This document shows, one piece after another, positions 25,912 to 39,848 of a DNA stretch of 64,000 nucleotides (position 1 is its first letter; each line of letters opens with the position of its first letter). The DNA is from Octopus sinensis. Its lineage: Eukaryota. The notes under the pieces are model-generated. The model was not told the origin of the DNA. It was given only the letters and a program-made list of their open reading frames with translations, and did no database searches. Where the stretch lies: contig NC_042997.1 in the NCBI RefSeq assembly GCF_006345805.1, positions 48,856,001 to 48,920,000 on the forward strand. Direction: 5' to 3'. Both the position numbers and the translations under genes were made by a program.

Positions 25912-26312
25912 TATTTATTGCCCACTTGGGGCTAAACATAAAGGACAGACAAAGGGATTAAGTCGATTACATCAACCACAGTTCTTAACTGGTGCTTAAT
26001 TTTTCGACCCTGAAAGGACGAAAGGCAAAGTCGACCTCGGCGGAATCTGAAACTCATAACGTAACGGCAGACGAAATACCTATTTCTTTACTACCCACAA
26101 GGGGCTAAACACAGAGGGGACAAACAAGGACAGACAAACGGATTAAGTCGATTAAATCGACCCCAATGTGTAACTGGTACTTATTTAATTGACCCCGAAA
26201 GGCTGAAAGGTAAAGTCGACCCCGGCGAAATTTGAACTCAGAACGTAGCGGCAGAAGAAATACTGCTAAGCATTTCGCCCGGCATGCTAACGCTTCTGCC
26301 ATCTCGCCGCCT
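25912..26312 (-). mobile_element. SINE family M homodimer (tail A plus tail A) with 18-bp TSD
   Basis: TCTTAATGGCACTTTTCT at 25894-25911 and 26313-26330. Type-1 junction at 26079/26080. Confidence 0.9.
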
Positions 26313-27019
26313 TCTTAATGGCACTTTTCTAAGATCCGAGACCTGTAGAAGGAAAAGAGAATATATCCTCAGACTCGAATGCTTGCCACAATGGGTTTCG
26401 CTTAACCAACACAAGACCAGTGGGTGGTATTTAAACTGGCGACAAACAAATTTATTGTCGCAAAGTAGGAATAGATCCCCGATATATTTTCACATAATTT
26501 TCATAAATCTAATTCTCGAATCTTTGGTCGAATCGAATGTGTGGTAGAGGAAGACTGTCAAATGGACTGTGTAATGGAATTGAGACCGACACCATACAGC
26601 TGCTAATTTAAATTCGCAATAAAACGATTATGCTTACACAAGTAGAGTACAAAGCCTTCCTGTCATGTACAAGAGCAATATTTCCAGTAATTGCTCTTTA
26701 CTTAATATAGTACAACGGGTATTCATCTACGGACATTTCTATATAGCCACAAAATATAAACAGACTAATTCATATGCAGATAACTCACACTCACACCCTG
26801 CAACCACGCTGCAGACACTGCAGCACAGTTGCTCTAACTCAAGCCAATTTAAATCGCATAAGCATAACCATCGACGGAGAAGAATACACTTCTTAGCAAC
26901 AACAGAGACGCAGTTCTTTTGTTTATAGGGGAAGACGCTGTAAACTTGAGTCACCTACCTGTCTGTCCGTCTGTCAGTCTGCCTATCTCCCTGTCTGTCT
27001 GACTGCCAATCTGTTTACA

Positions 27020-27058
<39 letters not shown>

Positions 27059-28020
27059 ATCTCTCTTTACTCTTTTACTTGTTTCAGTCATTTGACTCCG
27101 GCCATGCTGGAGCACCGTCTTTAGTCGAGCAAATCGACCCCAGGACATATTCTTTCCATATGTATGCCCGTTTGTATGTCAATTATATGTTAATTTGCGT
27201 TAACGTGTGTATGGTGTGTGTGGGTGTGGGTGTGGGTGCGTATTGGCCGTAATGTCTGACTCTCTGCGTGTTCCTGTGAGTGTTAGTGTGTGTGGTTCAT
27301 GTGTGTGCATGCGAGTGTATCTCGGTATGTGTGTTTGTGAGTTCATTTGTATGTGCAAATTGAGTGTTTGTATGCATGTGTTTATATACGAGTGTGGGGG
27401 GATATGTAAATAAGTGTGTTCAAATGTGGAAATCCCATACAAAGATATTACGTGTGTGTGTGTTATACATGTACATATAAGAGCGTATTTACATATATTG
27501 GGTACCTATGTAGGTGTATATGTATGTGCCTATATAGAATATATATGAGAGTTTGAAGTGTGAGGTGCGTGAGAAAGTATGAGTTTGAGTGTAAGCACAT
27601 GTACCTCCTAAGAGTAAAAAATCTTCATTCTGTTTGATATAACGCCAAGTTAATAGCTCACCATCAAATACGTTGCTATTCCCTCCAATAACTTTGCCAA
27701 CGCTGCGAAGCATGGAAAACACATTGCTATATTATGTAGTTTACAGATGTTATGTAAAAGTGCATCCTATGTATGCGTGTGTGTGTTTGTGTGCTTGTGT
27801 GCGTGTGCATGAATATGTATGTGTGTGCATGTATACACGCATGTATATACATATGCGATAGGCTTCGGCACAGTTTCCAACTACCTAATTCATACACAAG
27901 GCATTGGTCAAAACTGTGATATAGAACATATCCAAAGTTATATGCCGTGTTAACTTGAGATCGCCTGGTTTCAAAGCAAAGGTGTCTACAGCTATATAGG
28001 TGTGTATATGTATGTGTTCG

Positions 28021-28124
<104 letters not shown>

Positions 28125-28253
28125 ATATGTGTGTGTGTGTGTGAGGGTAACACCAGATAATTCAGGCCACAAAGAATGATCCAACTCCCTTTCATCAATA
28201 GAATTCATATAGAAGAATCACCAAAAGCACATACTTAATTATTATATAGAATA

Positions 28254-28648
28254 CTAGCAGTATCGCCCGGCGTTGCTCGGGTTTGTAAGGGAAATAACTA
28301 TATAAGCATTTTTAGAGATGTAAAGTATAATAACCATCTCAATATGGCAAACCACAAAGAGGGGTGTTACTGTAGCTTTTTACGTTCTGAGATTTAATAA
28401 TAAATTTTTAGAGAGTTACTTCCCTTATATATGCCAAAATGGATTAGAAATGGGAAAAATTGATGGTAAATTTTTTTTTTCATCGTAGACTCATCGTAGA
28501 CGCGCGCTAATACCCAGAAGGGTTCGATATGAATCACGACTATAAGATACCCGGTTTTGGTTAAACTGCACCGCAAAATGTGGGAGTAGTTAGGAATCTA
28601 AATCGTAGGAGACAGACACTCACACAACTTCACTTTTATATATAAAGA
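28254..28648 (-). mobile_element. Non-autonomous Helitron
   Basis: Minus strand: 5' TCTTTATATATAAAAG, 3' hairpin CCCGAGCAACGCCGGG then CTAG, inserted between A and T. Confidence 0.85.
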
Positions 28649-28817
28649 TATAAAAATACATAGGTATAAATAAATGTATATAAATATATAGATATATTAA
28701 ATATTTATAAATATGTAAATACCTTAAAAATATATAGGGTAACTGATACAGTTAAAAATATACAGATATGAACATTGATACATAAATATATTAAAATATA
28801 TCAAAGATGTATAAATA

Positions 28818-29211
28818 TCTTTATATATAAAAGTAAGGTTGTGTGTCTGTCTCCTACGATTTAGATTCCTAACTACTCCCACATTTTGCGGTGCAGTGTA
28901 ACCAAAACCGGGTATCTTATAGTCGTGATTTATATCGAGCCCTTCTGGGTATTAGCGCGCGTCTACAATGAGTCTACGATTAAAAAAAAATTACCATAAT
29001 TTTTTTCCATTTTAATGCATTTTTCGCTATTAAATAAGGGAAGTAACTCTCTAAAAATGTCTACGATGAGTCAACGATTTAAAAAAAATTTACCATCATT
29101 TTTTTTCCATTTTTAATGCATGTTTTTGCTATTTTTTTGGCTATAACTCTCTAAAAATGCTTATATAGTTGTTTCCCTTACAAACCCGAGCAACGCCGGG
29201 CGATACTGCTA

Positions 29212-29212
<1 letters not shown>
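28818..29212 (+). mobile_element. Non-autonomous Helitron, same family, head-to-head with 28254-28648
   Basis: 5' TC at 28818, CCCGAGCAACGCCGGG hairpin, CTAG at 29209-29212, A|T target. Confidence 0.85.
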
Positions 29213-29251
<39 letters not shown>

Positions 29252-29702
29252 AAAAAACTTGTCCGACTCACAGAATAAAAATGAAATTAATGAAATGGAA
29301 GTTAAAAATTCTGTAAGAAAGTAAAGGACTGATGCTCAATGCAGAAAATGTATAGAAGTGCTAAGAAGATTTGAACTTGCATTCTGAAGATTTTGTCGAG
29401 GAATAAGACCGAAGATGTAAAGTGTGGCAATCAGAGAAGTCCAGATGAGATGATATGGCGATAGTGATGCAAATAAACACGCTTAGGATTGAAATGCAAA
29501 ACATACGTACATATATATTGGCATGCAAATATATAGGGATATATATATATAGAGAGAGAGAGAGATCTGATGGCCGCACTGAATCATTGAATCTTCATTT
29601 TCAGTAACGCCTTCTAGGATGTGGTCATACCATGTCTTTGCGTTTATTATCATTATTAACATTGTTGTTGTTGTTGTTTTTGTTGTTTTTGTTGTTACTA
29701 TT

Positions 29703-31240
29703 CAGTATCATTCAGTACTATCATTTTTATTACGTGCACTACCGAACGCAGCTCTGTGTGCCTCGGGTATGTTCTGTGGTTTGTTTTGGTGTTGTTATTT
29801 TCACTGCATTGAAAGTGCTTTACGTAGGATATGTGAGGTGCCTAGCAGTGTTATTTTCTGTATGTTGTATATATTCATAAGGCATGGCGTTTTGGTCATG
29901 TATTTGTCTGTATATCTTTTATTCATACCTAACGTATCGATTTATTAAAGGGGTTGTTTCAGTTTTCAGTCTCCACATTCGGCTTATCTCTATTTCCAGA
30001 TTTTTCTGTTTCGAGAAATTTTCTTCGTTTCTTTTAGAGATACATTGTCGTCTGTTGAGATTGTTACGTCGATTAGAAGGCGCTTACTTTTTAGCGGTCT
30101 TTGACAACTATATCTGGCTTTTAGCTTTGCTCCTTCTATCTGTGCGTATTGGCGTGTCACAATGTATGGCTGCTCTGTCATCTGGGATATGCCAATACCA
30201 TATTTTTTGTGTTGTCATTTCATAGTGCTGACATAGTTTCCAGTACATATAAGTTCAAACACTGTTACGTATAAGAGTATATATCTTCTTAGCCGAGACC
30301 GGTCAACTAGAAACAATAAATCATATTGTTTCTTCCACATCATCACATATTCTGCGGTTACTGTATTTTCTTCAATTATGTTTTTAGTGGTTTCTGGTGG
30401 GGCGGCTTTGATCTTGTGCTTGAGATCATCCATATACAAGAGATGGTTGATTGTTTTACCCTAGCAATTGTATCCACCTCCTGTTCTGTGTAGCACGTCG
30501 ATTAAAAGCATCAGAGCCAGCCAGGTAGAAAGTGAGAAGAGCGAATCTCCTTGGAATATTCCTCTTCCAGTGGGATCTTTTTTTGTTTTTATGGGTCCCT
30601 CTTTTGTCTGTAACTTCAGAACTGTTTGCCATTTATTCATGACATGGTGTATATATTTTATAAGTTGTAGGGAGACATGTTATGGGTCTGTAGTTTTTTT
30701 CGGTTTTGCACATTCAGTGGATTTGAGAATTAGGATGGTTTTCCCTTCTGTGAGCCATTGCGGTATTGTCTCTGGTTCTGTTAGCTTTACATTGAATTTC
30801 ACTGCCAGCACCTTATGTGCCCCTTTTAAATAGTTTAGTCAGAAATCAAGGATTTTGTCCTGCCCAGGCGTCCTCCTTGTGCCTGGGTTAACATTTCCAT
30901 TGTTATAGGTTTCCAGGGTCGTTCAGGTGCTGTTTGTTACCGTAGCTGATGTTTTCTGGGGTAGTTTTTTCGCGACCCATACTTCTTCCCAAAATTCTTC
31001 CATTTCTCCTGTTGATGGTGCTGTATTGATCTCTGTCTTTTTAACAAGTTCTTAGAATTGCTTTGGATTGGGTTAAACTTCTTGTTTTGTTCAAAGAATC
31101 GTTGGCGTTTTTCATACCGGCGGATTCTTTGATCTTTGATCTCAGGTACATATTTTGTCATTTTATATTTTTGTAGTTTCTTTTCTTCCAGATTTTATAT
31201 GAGTAAGCTCTTCTATTTTCGATTTATTATTATTGTAGTC
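29703..31240 (-). mobile_element. Decayed, internally deleted R4/Dong-like LINE
   Basis: Pre-RT segment (IRRYEKRQRFFEQNKKF, ORF 30937-31161), RLE region (LLIDVTISTDDNVSLKE) and a 3' UTR homologous to 17401-17500. The 3' end abuts degenerate (AAT/AAC)n. Confidence 0.8.
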
Positions 31241-33089
31241 ATCGTTGTCGTTGATATTATTGTTGTTGTTGTTGTTATTATTATTTAATTCTCTTTATCG
31301 TTCTTTTTTAATCAGACACAAAATGTGGAAAACATTTTTAATACCGTACTTCTACATAACGACTCGTGTATTTAATTACTTAGAATAATCTATAGCCTTT
31401 AGGGTGAAAAGTCTTTAATTTGCAAATTAAATAATTTCTTTTTTACCACTCATAAACAATCAAAAGAAAAAATATTTTAAATACTTCCCATAAAAAAATT
31501 CGAACGAAAACGAATACATTTCTGTAATCAGTAAACAGAAAAGAAGAAAATAGAAATTAATGTCCTTCATAGAAAATATTTATATTACAACCGAATACAC
31601 GAAGAAAAAAGAATACTACCCCAAATGACGATAACAACGGCGGCAATAACTTTGTTACACGCACGCACAAACGCACACACACTCACATACATACACACAC
31701 AGGCTTTCGCCAAGTGAAATAGTTAATGGAGAGTTCGAAAAAAGAAGCAAGGAAAGCATTTTTAGCCTTCCTTTCGCTGAATCTACAAGAAGCAGATGGA
31801 TCATGTATGGCGGAGAAGAGTCATTATGGTAAAGCTGCTGTTGAACAAGAGCAGGCGTATCCGAGATTCGCTATTTTATCAAACAGCCGGACTAAAATAT
31901 GTCTCTGCATCTCGAAAGACACGTTTCTTAGTTTCTCCGAAAAAAAAATTAGACAGTCTGGTTGATGTGAATAAAATAACTTCTACCCTCCAAGGAAGAT
32001 ACTCTGAAACCTTAAGCGTAATATACAAAACACCAGAATCAGAGAAAAGTTAAGCTTATGCCTCACATATCTGCCAAGAAAGTCGCGCCACATTATTGAG
32101 TGCGATACATGAAGTTGAGACTTTGTTCGTCGTCAGTTTTGCGGGTCAATAGAAGCAAGTAACAAAAACATATGTAATTGAGAGTATTTTATACTGGTAT
32201 ATAAGTCCTAATGACTCGCAAATGTCATAAGGTAGCTCTGAATTGCGCTCCTTTGAGAGCGCGGAAAGACTATGCGGTTGGTGGCGCAGAACAGAAACGT
32301 GGTATTTAAACTTGTAACAGTAAGACCCAACTGGGTTTTTCTACCATGTGGAGCCAGAAAAGTACAGAAAGATAGAGTCACAGAAGCAACAACAATACCA
32401 GCAGCTTTCGGCAAATGCTGTTTCAATAGTGCCGCTAGTAATAGCTTCAGATATCGAGAATGTTGGCTTGTGCTGGAACCAAGAGATGTGTTCTCTGTCG
32501 TCAACCAGTAGCATCACACGATCGTGTTACGGCATTGAGGAAGTGACAGAAAGCAAGTATTTATGACAGACTACTGGAGACAACAGGAAAGACAAGGAAC
32601 ACTAAAAGAACTCAAAAAATTAACAAACCCATGAGAAAACGAGCAAAATATGTGCTGGAAATACACACACATATCCATGCTGCATTAAATTCAGAGTTCT
32701 TAGCATGAAAGAACGAATTGATACAGGTACAGAACGAACAACAGTAAGGGGGGAAATAGAAAAGCATTTGCTGAGAACATTGTCCCCGATTTTGTGGGAC
32801 ACTTTAATGATAGACAATTAGTGAGAAATAAACTTATAGCATAAAATCTGTGTATGTGTGTGTGTGTGTGTGGTGTTACGCTAAGAAATAGTGAACGGTA
32901 TCAGAATTTTCGACTCGAGCCAAATATAACAGACCCCTCCAGAACGTTGTTGGAGTATCAACATAAGTAGATTCAAGGCCGGTTGGATTGTACTGGCATC
33001 GACTCGATTTAGGTTAGTGATATTTTGAAACCAAATTTTTGAAATGATTTAACTGAGGAATGTTTACGTAATTGATTTATTTCCTATTA

Positions 33090-34315
33090 TCAGGTCATCC
33101 CATAAGTTCTGTCCGAATTTTGAATAAAGAAAACAAGTGATTAAATGTTATATTTAATTGAAATTTAATCATCAATGTACTTACCCTGATTATCTATGAC
33201 TTCCTTCCATTTATTTACAAGCTTTTTAATCCCATCAATGTAAAACTCTTTTGGTTTCAAAGCGAAGAACTTTGAAATGTCAGTTTCGACTTCTTCCTGT
33301 CTTGCGAAAGTTATGTCCCCCAAATGATTCTGTAAAATACGAAACAAATGGTAGTCTGAAGGAGAATGGTCGGGAGAATATGGTGGATGAGGATTTTTTT
33401 TCCCAAACAAGCTCTTCGATCTTCTGTGATGAGATCTTTGCAGTGTGGGGTCGCGCATTGTCCTAATGAAGCATCAGTCCTTTTCGATTCACTAAAACGG
33501 GTCTTTTTTTTCTTGAAAGATTGATTCAAACGCTCTAATTCCTGACAGTAGACTTGAGTATTGACTGTTGCATTAGGTGGTAACAATTCAAAGTGAATTA
33601 CTCCATTGCAATCCCACCAGATAGAGAGAAGAACCTTTTCCCATGAAGTTCCCTTCTCGGTTGTGGTTGAGCTGTTTCCCTTTTACCAAGCTACTGTTTA
33701 TGACGTTTAACATTTCGATAGAAGATCCATTTTTGTCACCAGTCACAAGTCTATTCAAAAAGGATGAAATGAGTTCGCATGAGGCACCCATTTTCCAAGT
33801 TTAGGAACCTTTCCAAGTTGTTGAAGATGACGATGAACAGTTGTATGGTTTGAACTAAGCTTTATTGCCAATTCTTCAACTGATAAATCAGGATTTTCTT
33901 CAAGTAATGCCTCAAGGAGCTTATCATCAAACTCAACTTGACGTCCTGTTCGATCTTCATCTTCAAGGCTGAAATCTCGACTTCTGAATTTTGCAAACCA
34001 TCTTCTGCAAGTTCTTTCATTCAAGCATTCTTTCCCATAAACTGAGTGTATGTTTCGAGTCGCTTCGGCTGCAGAGTTTCCTTTTTTGTACTCATAAAGC
34101 ATTATGTACCTCAAATATTAGAAAAGGTTTTAATCAAGGAAATTTTAATCCTATCATTATAATTCTATTATTCTGTAAAAATAATATTTAATCAGTTTAA
34201 ATGTATACAAATGCATAAAAATAATTTTTTATTCCATTAGACATTCTAAAATACTATTAAATTTCATTCAATTTTAAAAAAGGTAAAATCGGACAGAACT
34301 TATGGGATAACCTGA
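33090..34315 (-). mobile_element. Mariner (DD34D) element, 1226 bp, transposase pseudogene
   Basis: ~27-bp TIRs TCAGGTYATCCCATAAGTTCTGTCCGA with TA on both flanks. HTH region plus GKWVPH (ORF 33755-34114) and HPPYSPDHSPSDYHLF (ORF 33165-33458). Frameshifts and stops present. Confidence 0.93.
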
Positions 34316-34811
34316 TATATAGTACGTATTAAATGATTTCAAAATATTACTCTTTCGGGTTACTTAACTATCACAACTAATATATATAAATGTGTGTGCG
34401 TGTGTATACGCGCAGACACAGATTTATATAAATGGAGAACGGGTGCATATATAGCTTCATATAGATATAATTCTAATTTTCATTTTTAATCTCTATGAGA
34501 CTTCGTTGAGGCTAGCGCAGTTTACGTTCAGTTACAACTACGTATCTGCTTATAACTTTGCTTAATGACAGAATTTTGTCGTATACTTTAAGTTCTAATA
34601 CTTCGGTGATATTCTTTTAGTGTTGTAAACTTATTGCAATCAAGGAATCTAGGTCCATAGCATGATCTTTCAATCGTAACAGCAGCGTGCAATATCATTA
34701 GGGCGTGATATTTTATTGTTATAATTATTATACCTAACATACTAAACTTGTTGCTGAAGTTCTCATTAATGTAGCGTGTTCATTTCCCATGAACTAAGTT
34801 GGCATGTTCTT

Positions 34812-34960
34812 TATTATTATTATCATTATTATTATTATTATTATTGTTGTTGTTGTTGTTGTTATTGTATTATTATTATTATTATTATTATTGTTGTTGT
34901 TATTATTATTATTATTATTGTTGTTATTATTATTTATGATTATTATTATTATTGTTGTTG

Positions 34961-34998
<38 letters not shown>

Positions 34999-35085
34999 GT
35001 TGTTGTTGTTGTTATTATTATTATTATTATTATTGTTGTTGTTATTATTATTATTGTTATTATTATTATTATTATTATTATTAAT
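34812..35085. repeat. Compound (TTA)n/(TTG)n microsatellite
   Basis: Seen directly. Confidence 0.95.
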
Positions 35086-35233
35086 ATTCTTTACATAAAC
35101 ATATGTAATTATTAGCATTGAACCCCAGCGAATGTAAGGATTTGCTCAAATATATTCTGTTAATTGCCTTTATGACTGTCCCTAATTGCAGTTTCAGTAA
35201 TGCCAGAGAAATGTCAGCAAAATCTACCTACCT

Positions 35234-35271
<38 letters not shown>

Positions 35272-37646
35272 TAATGTGTGTGTGTGTACATATATATAAA
35301 CATATACTTGTATACATGTACATACATACATATGTGAGTGTGTATCTATGTGCATAGTGCTTTTGTTTACATACGCAGGTATATAGATGTGTTTGGAGAT
35401 GTGTTTATACTCAGGCATATGATGAAAGAACTCGAGATATAACAGAAGAATGTTTGTGCAGTTGTATATACACATGAGTGTATTCTATAAATCGATCGAT
35501 CTATAATTTTCTGCTTATATTCATTTATGTATGCATATATATATATTTATATATATATATTTATATATACACATATATACATATACATACATATGTGTGT
35601 ATGTGTGTGTACATATATATAGATAGATACATTGACACATACGTACTTATAAATATATTTATAAGTATTTAGTACTGCAAGAATAAAGTAGTAATTAGAC
35701 ACGGCACTTCGGCAAAGCGGACACACATTTGTACTTCATAGTTGTCTTGGCACTGTATACATGTGAATCAATAGTTTCTGGAATGTTCTCAACATCCGGT
35801 TGCCAAGTGTATACCAAATATAACACAAATTACCAAATTATCCATAAATTTTGCTGTTTATTTGAAGGGAAAATATATCAAGATGTTTCTAGTTTGCGCT
35901 CAGAATTGTATTAATATCGTAAAATTTATCTGTACAACTACTCGCTGCAACCGCCACCGCTGCCGTAGCTAATTTTGTGATGGAGGTAGCCTAGCGCTAG
36001 GTCTATTTCTGACTGAGAAAATCTTTAATCTACAGCGTTCCAGACACGACTACTCTGTCCTTCTCTTAAGTTTTAGATGTGATTTCTAAATAATGGTTTT
36101 GTTGCTATGTCTGATATTTTTCAAGCCTATAATTTGTTTCAAAAGTGACAAAGATGTCATCGTTTTTGTTTAGCCCCAGGTCAACCATTATTTCGCAGAT
36201 ACAGGATCAAAAGCGTTCCCCCTATGACCACTCCATTTTTTTAAGTATCAATATTTTATATTGTCCAATATATTATTCTTTATTTATAACAGAAGAATGT
36301 GATTTGAGGTAGATATGACTGCTATTTCTCTCAAGTGGAGAAACCATCCACAGGCTTCTCCGTTAGCAATTCGGTAGTAATATTGTTGTGGCTCCATATG
36401 GAAGAACAGGTTCCAAATCCCGATTTTCATTGGTTCAGTAAAGTCGATTTTCTAATTCACGTTTACGCCAATATTTCGGTGTGATGCTTATATGTGAATG
36501 TAGAAGTGTTAGCTGTGGGTTTTTATTGGAATTGGCGAACTGTATTGCGAATATTTTGCTGGATCTCTTTGCGTTCCTTTACTTTTGACTTTGAAACTCG
36601 CTAGGAATATATCTCTATGATAATCAATTTCTTCGTTTCAACCAGATTTCTGATATCCCAGAAAAATCCTTGGTTGATCTCAATGAAAGCCGGTTTTATT
36701 CATACAGAAATTCATTTGATATCTGCATTGATTTAAATAAGATTCGTGTGATTCAGGAAGTTGTGAACGTTTGCATGCAATATCGAATATTAGAAGCCTT
36801 GGAGTACAAACATCGAATCAAAATACATTTAGTTGTTTATCTCAATACTCGCTAAACTCTATGAAATGAACTGAAATAAATCCTAAAATGAAAGAGAAAA
36901 CAAATAAGAGGAATTGATTTATATTAAACCAACTCCTTTTTCTTCTGTTTTTAATTTCATCTTCTTCTCTGTGGTAAAGATTCTCAAAAATACACGTCAG
37001 AAAGAATGTGTATGCTGAAAGACAGATTACAGTATCGATGCTTCATAGATAAAAAAGAAAAAGGCTTCAAATTAATGTATTTCAATAAAACTCGATGTCT
37101 GCTAGGTTATTGGATTCTTTCGATTAGGCACATGTTCTACTATTTGGGGGAAGAAAATAGGGATTTGTGGCGTTCATACGGTTACCAAGAACACTAAAGA
37201 TGAAAGTTAAATTTATTGCAGAAGAGGCATAAAAGTTTGGATTACATTTAATTCAACGAGTGTATGTTTTTTCTAGTTTCTAATTATTAAATTCAAGGTC
37301 TTAGTATTTTAGGAAGTGCAGAAACGAATATATTGTTATATTTCGGGATAGTTTTTCTTTTTCTTTTTTGCCAAATAACAACAATATTAAATCCGAAGTG
37401 AAGAATGGATATCTAGTGCGTGTGTTTATTTGGGGAAAAACAATGACCGTCCCGAAATATAACAATATCTGTTTCAACACACGGTTCCACATCAGGAATC
37501 TTGCAAAACAAATACATAAACGTAAGAGAAACGAAATATTGTTATGTTAATGTCTTCCTAGCCGATTGTCCTAAACACCATGCAAAATCCGCTTCGTCAG
37601 GTGCATATCCATTCTCAGTGGCATCGCAATAGCCTGTTAAGATATT

Positions 37647-38082
37647 CTTTTCTACTCTAGGCACAAGGCACAAAATTTTGGGGGAGGAGGCAAGTCGATT
37701 AAATCGACTCCAGTACGCAACTGGTACTTAATTTATCGACCCCAAAAGGATGAAAAGCAAAGTCAACTTCGGTGTAATTTAAACATAGAATGTAAAGACA
37801 CGTAATACTGTTAAGCATGCCGCCCGGTGTGCTAACGTTTCTTATTTCTTTACTGTCCACAAGGGGCTACATACAGAGGGGACAAACAAGGACAGACAAA
37901 CGGATTAAGTCGATTATATCGATCCCAGTGTGTAAAAAACTGGTAATTATTTAATCGACCCCGAAAGGATGAAAGGCAAAGTCGACCTCGGAGGAATTTG
38001 AACTCAGAACGTAGCGGCAGACGAAATGCCGCTAAGCATTCCGCCCGGCGTGCTAACATTTCTGCCAGCTCACCGCCTTAAT
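37647..38082 (-). mobile_element. SINE family M heterodimer (tail A plus tail B) with 13-bp TSD
   Basis: CTGTTAAGATATT at 37634-37646 and 38083-38095. Type-2 junction GCTAACGTTT|CTTATTTCTTTAC at 37840/37841. Confidence 0.88.
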
Positions 38083-39792
38083 CTGTTAAGATATTACCTC
38101 CTTACCTAACTAAAAGCCACCCAAACCATTTCTTTTGTAAATGTGACATATTGTGACTTTATGCACTGCTGGTAGTAACGTTATTACCTGCGAAGAAACT
38201 TAAGTAAAGTGTAACACTTGTAGAATTTAAATTGAGGCTCTACTAATAATCACAACCTTACTATCATGTAAAATATAAGATTATTTTTTGACAAGGAAGC
38301 AACTCGTGTACTCCAAGAAAATAATAAATAGAAACAGTTGACATTCATACCTTTCTAGAGGATACTAAGAAACGTGAAATACCTGCAACTGTTGAAACTA
38401 TTTACCTCTTGTTCTAACGTTCTCTCTGCATTGTTAGAAAGTTGATTTATTTTCATTTAGTGAGAAATTTAACATTTGTAATCGAGGTCTTGATATTCAA
38501 TTACGAGGCACGCCTATGCGGTCGGAAATTGCAGACCAGACAAATATCCCCCAAAGCGCAGTCTAATGTGTTAAAAACCGAATGGCGCATTGTACACGAT
38601 AGTCTCAAATTTACAAACAGGTGAGGCTCATGGTTGGATTATCTTTTACTCTGAGTCTACTCGAACAGGGCTAGCCTTGTGTTAAACAGCATTAACAATT
38701 TCTACTTATTTTATTGACATTGGAGAAATGAAAAGTATGATCAATGCCAGTGAGAAATATATCCAGGACCGGGGTGGATGGCAGCATGTATCATAAGTGT
38801 TTTATTATTTTTTTTATCTACTTGATTTTTGATGAGAGTAACGCTATGAAGATTGAATCATTCTCACGATACAGTTTGTACATTTTCATTGAGCTTCTGG
38901 TAATATAAAACAAATACAAAGTCCAGCAGGATTTGAATTAAGAGTTCAGGAGATAACCAAACACTTTACTGGATATCTTTACTGCTCTACAAGCAATACT
39001 TTTACCTCTAAACTGATAAGTAACAAATAAACATGACCTCCACCTCTTAGTCTGGTTCACTATCGAATCGGAAAATGCGACTCACAAAGGTTAAAGAGCA
39101 AAGTTTACTACTTTTGGATTTGTTTTACACATCAAATACGTTAATATTTTCTGAAAGGTACTAAGAAACAATTTTTGTACTGACATTTGGAAATGGCATG
39201 AAAACATTTAATATTCTTCTAACTTCCTTAACTACTATTACTGGATTTAGATGGCATTTACCAAATTCAACTGAGAATGTCTAGTGATTTAGAAACAAGA
39301 TGACAGTTATTGTTATCGAATTATTTTATGAGAATTGTTGAGACATAGTCCTAGCATAGTAACTAGTATTTCGTACAGTTAATCTTTTGACATAGGACTG
39401 AGAGTTTATAATAGAATTTTTTTTTCTTCTGGAGGGTGTTGACTAACCTTTTATTGCATTATCATAGTTGAGATATATTTCTTCAATTGGTGTAGATTGA
39501 ACTGACAGTAACTTTAGAACATTGGATTGTTTGTATTAAAGTTTTCAGCATTATTTCTTTGTATTTCAGTTCAAATCCCACCAGTGAGATGATGAAATAG
39601 ATTCAGTAGAAAACTCTTTTTTTTTTCAAAAAATGTGTGCCTGTACCCTAATAAGAAATCTTCAAAGGAACTAGATTATAGAATAGCCAGAACTGTATAA
39701 TACCAAACAAAATCTCAAGCAACATCTTGTCACATCTCTTTGCATTCATAGGAATCGAGCGCCATACTGATGTAGATCTAATTCACTTGATT

Positions 39793-39848
<56 letters not shown>

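Noticed and set aside
27655-27705. Possible 41-nt minus-strand exon (LAKLLEGIATYLM). Similar candidates near 11545-11600, 38330-38420, 42085-42200 and 43150-43220
   Set aside because: They cannot be chained into a consistent gene model, I recognise no homology, and RNA-seq is needed.
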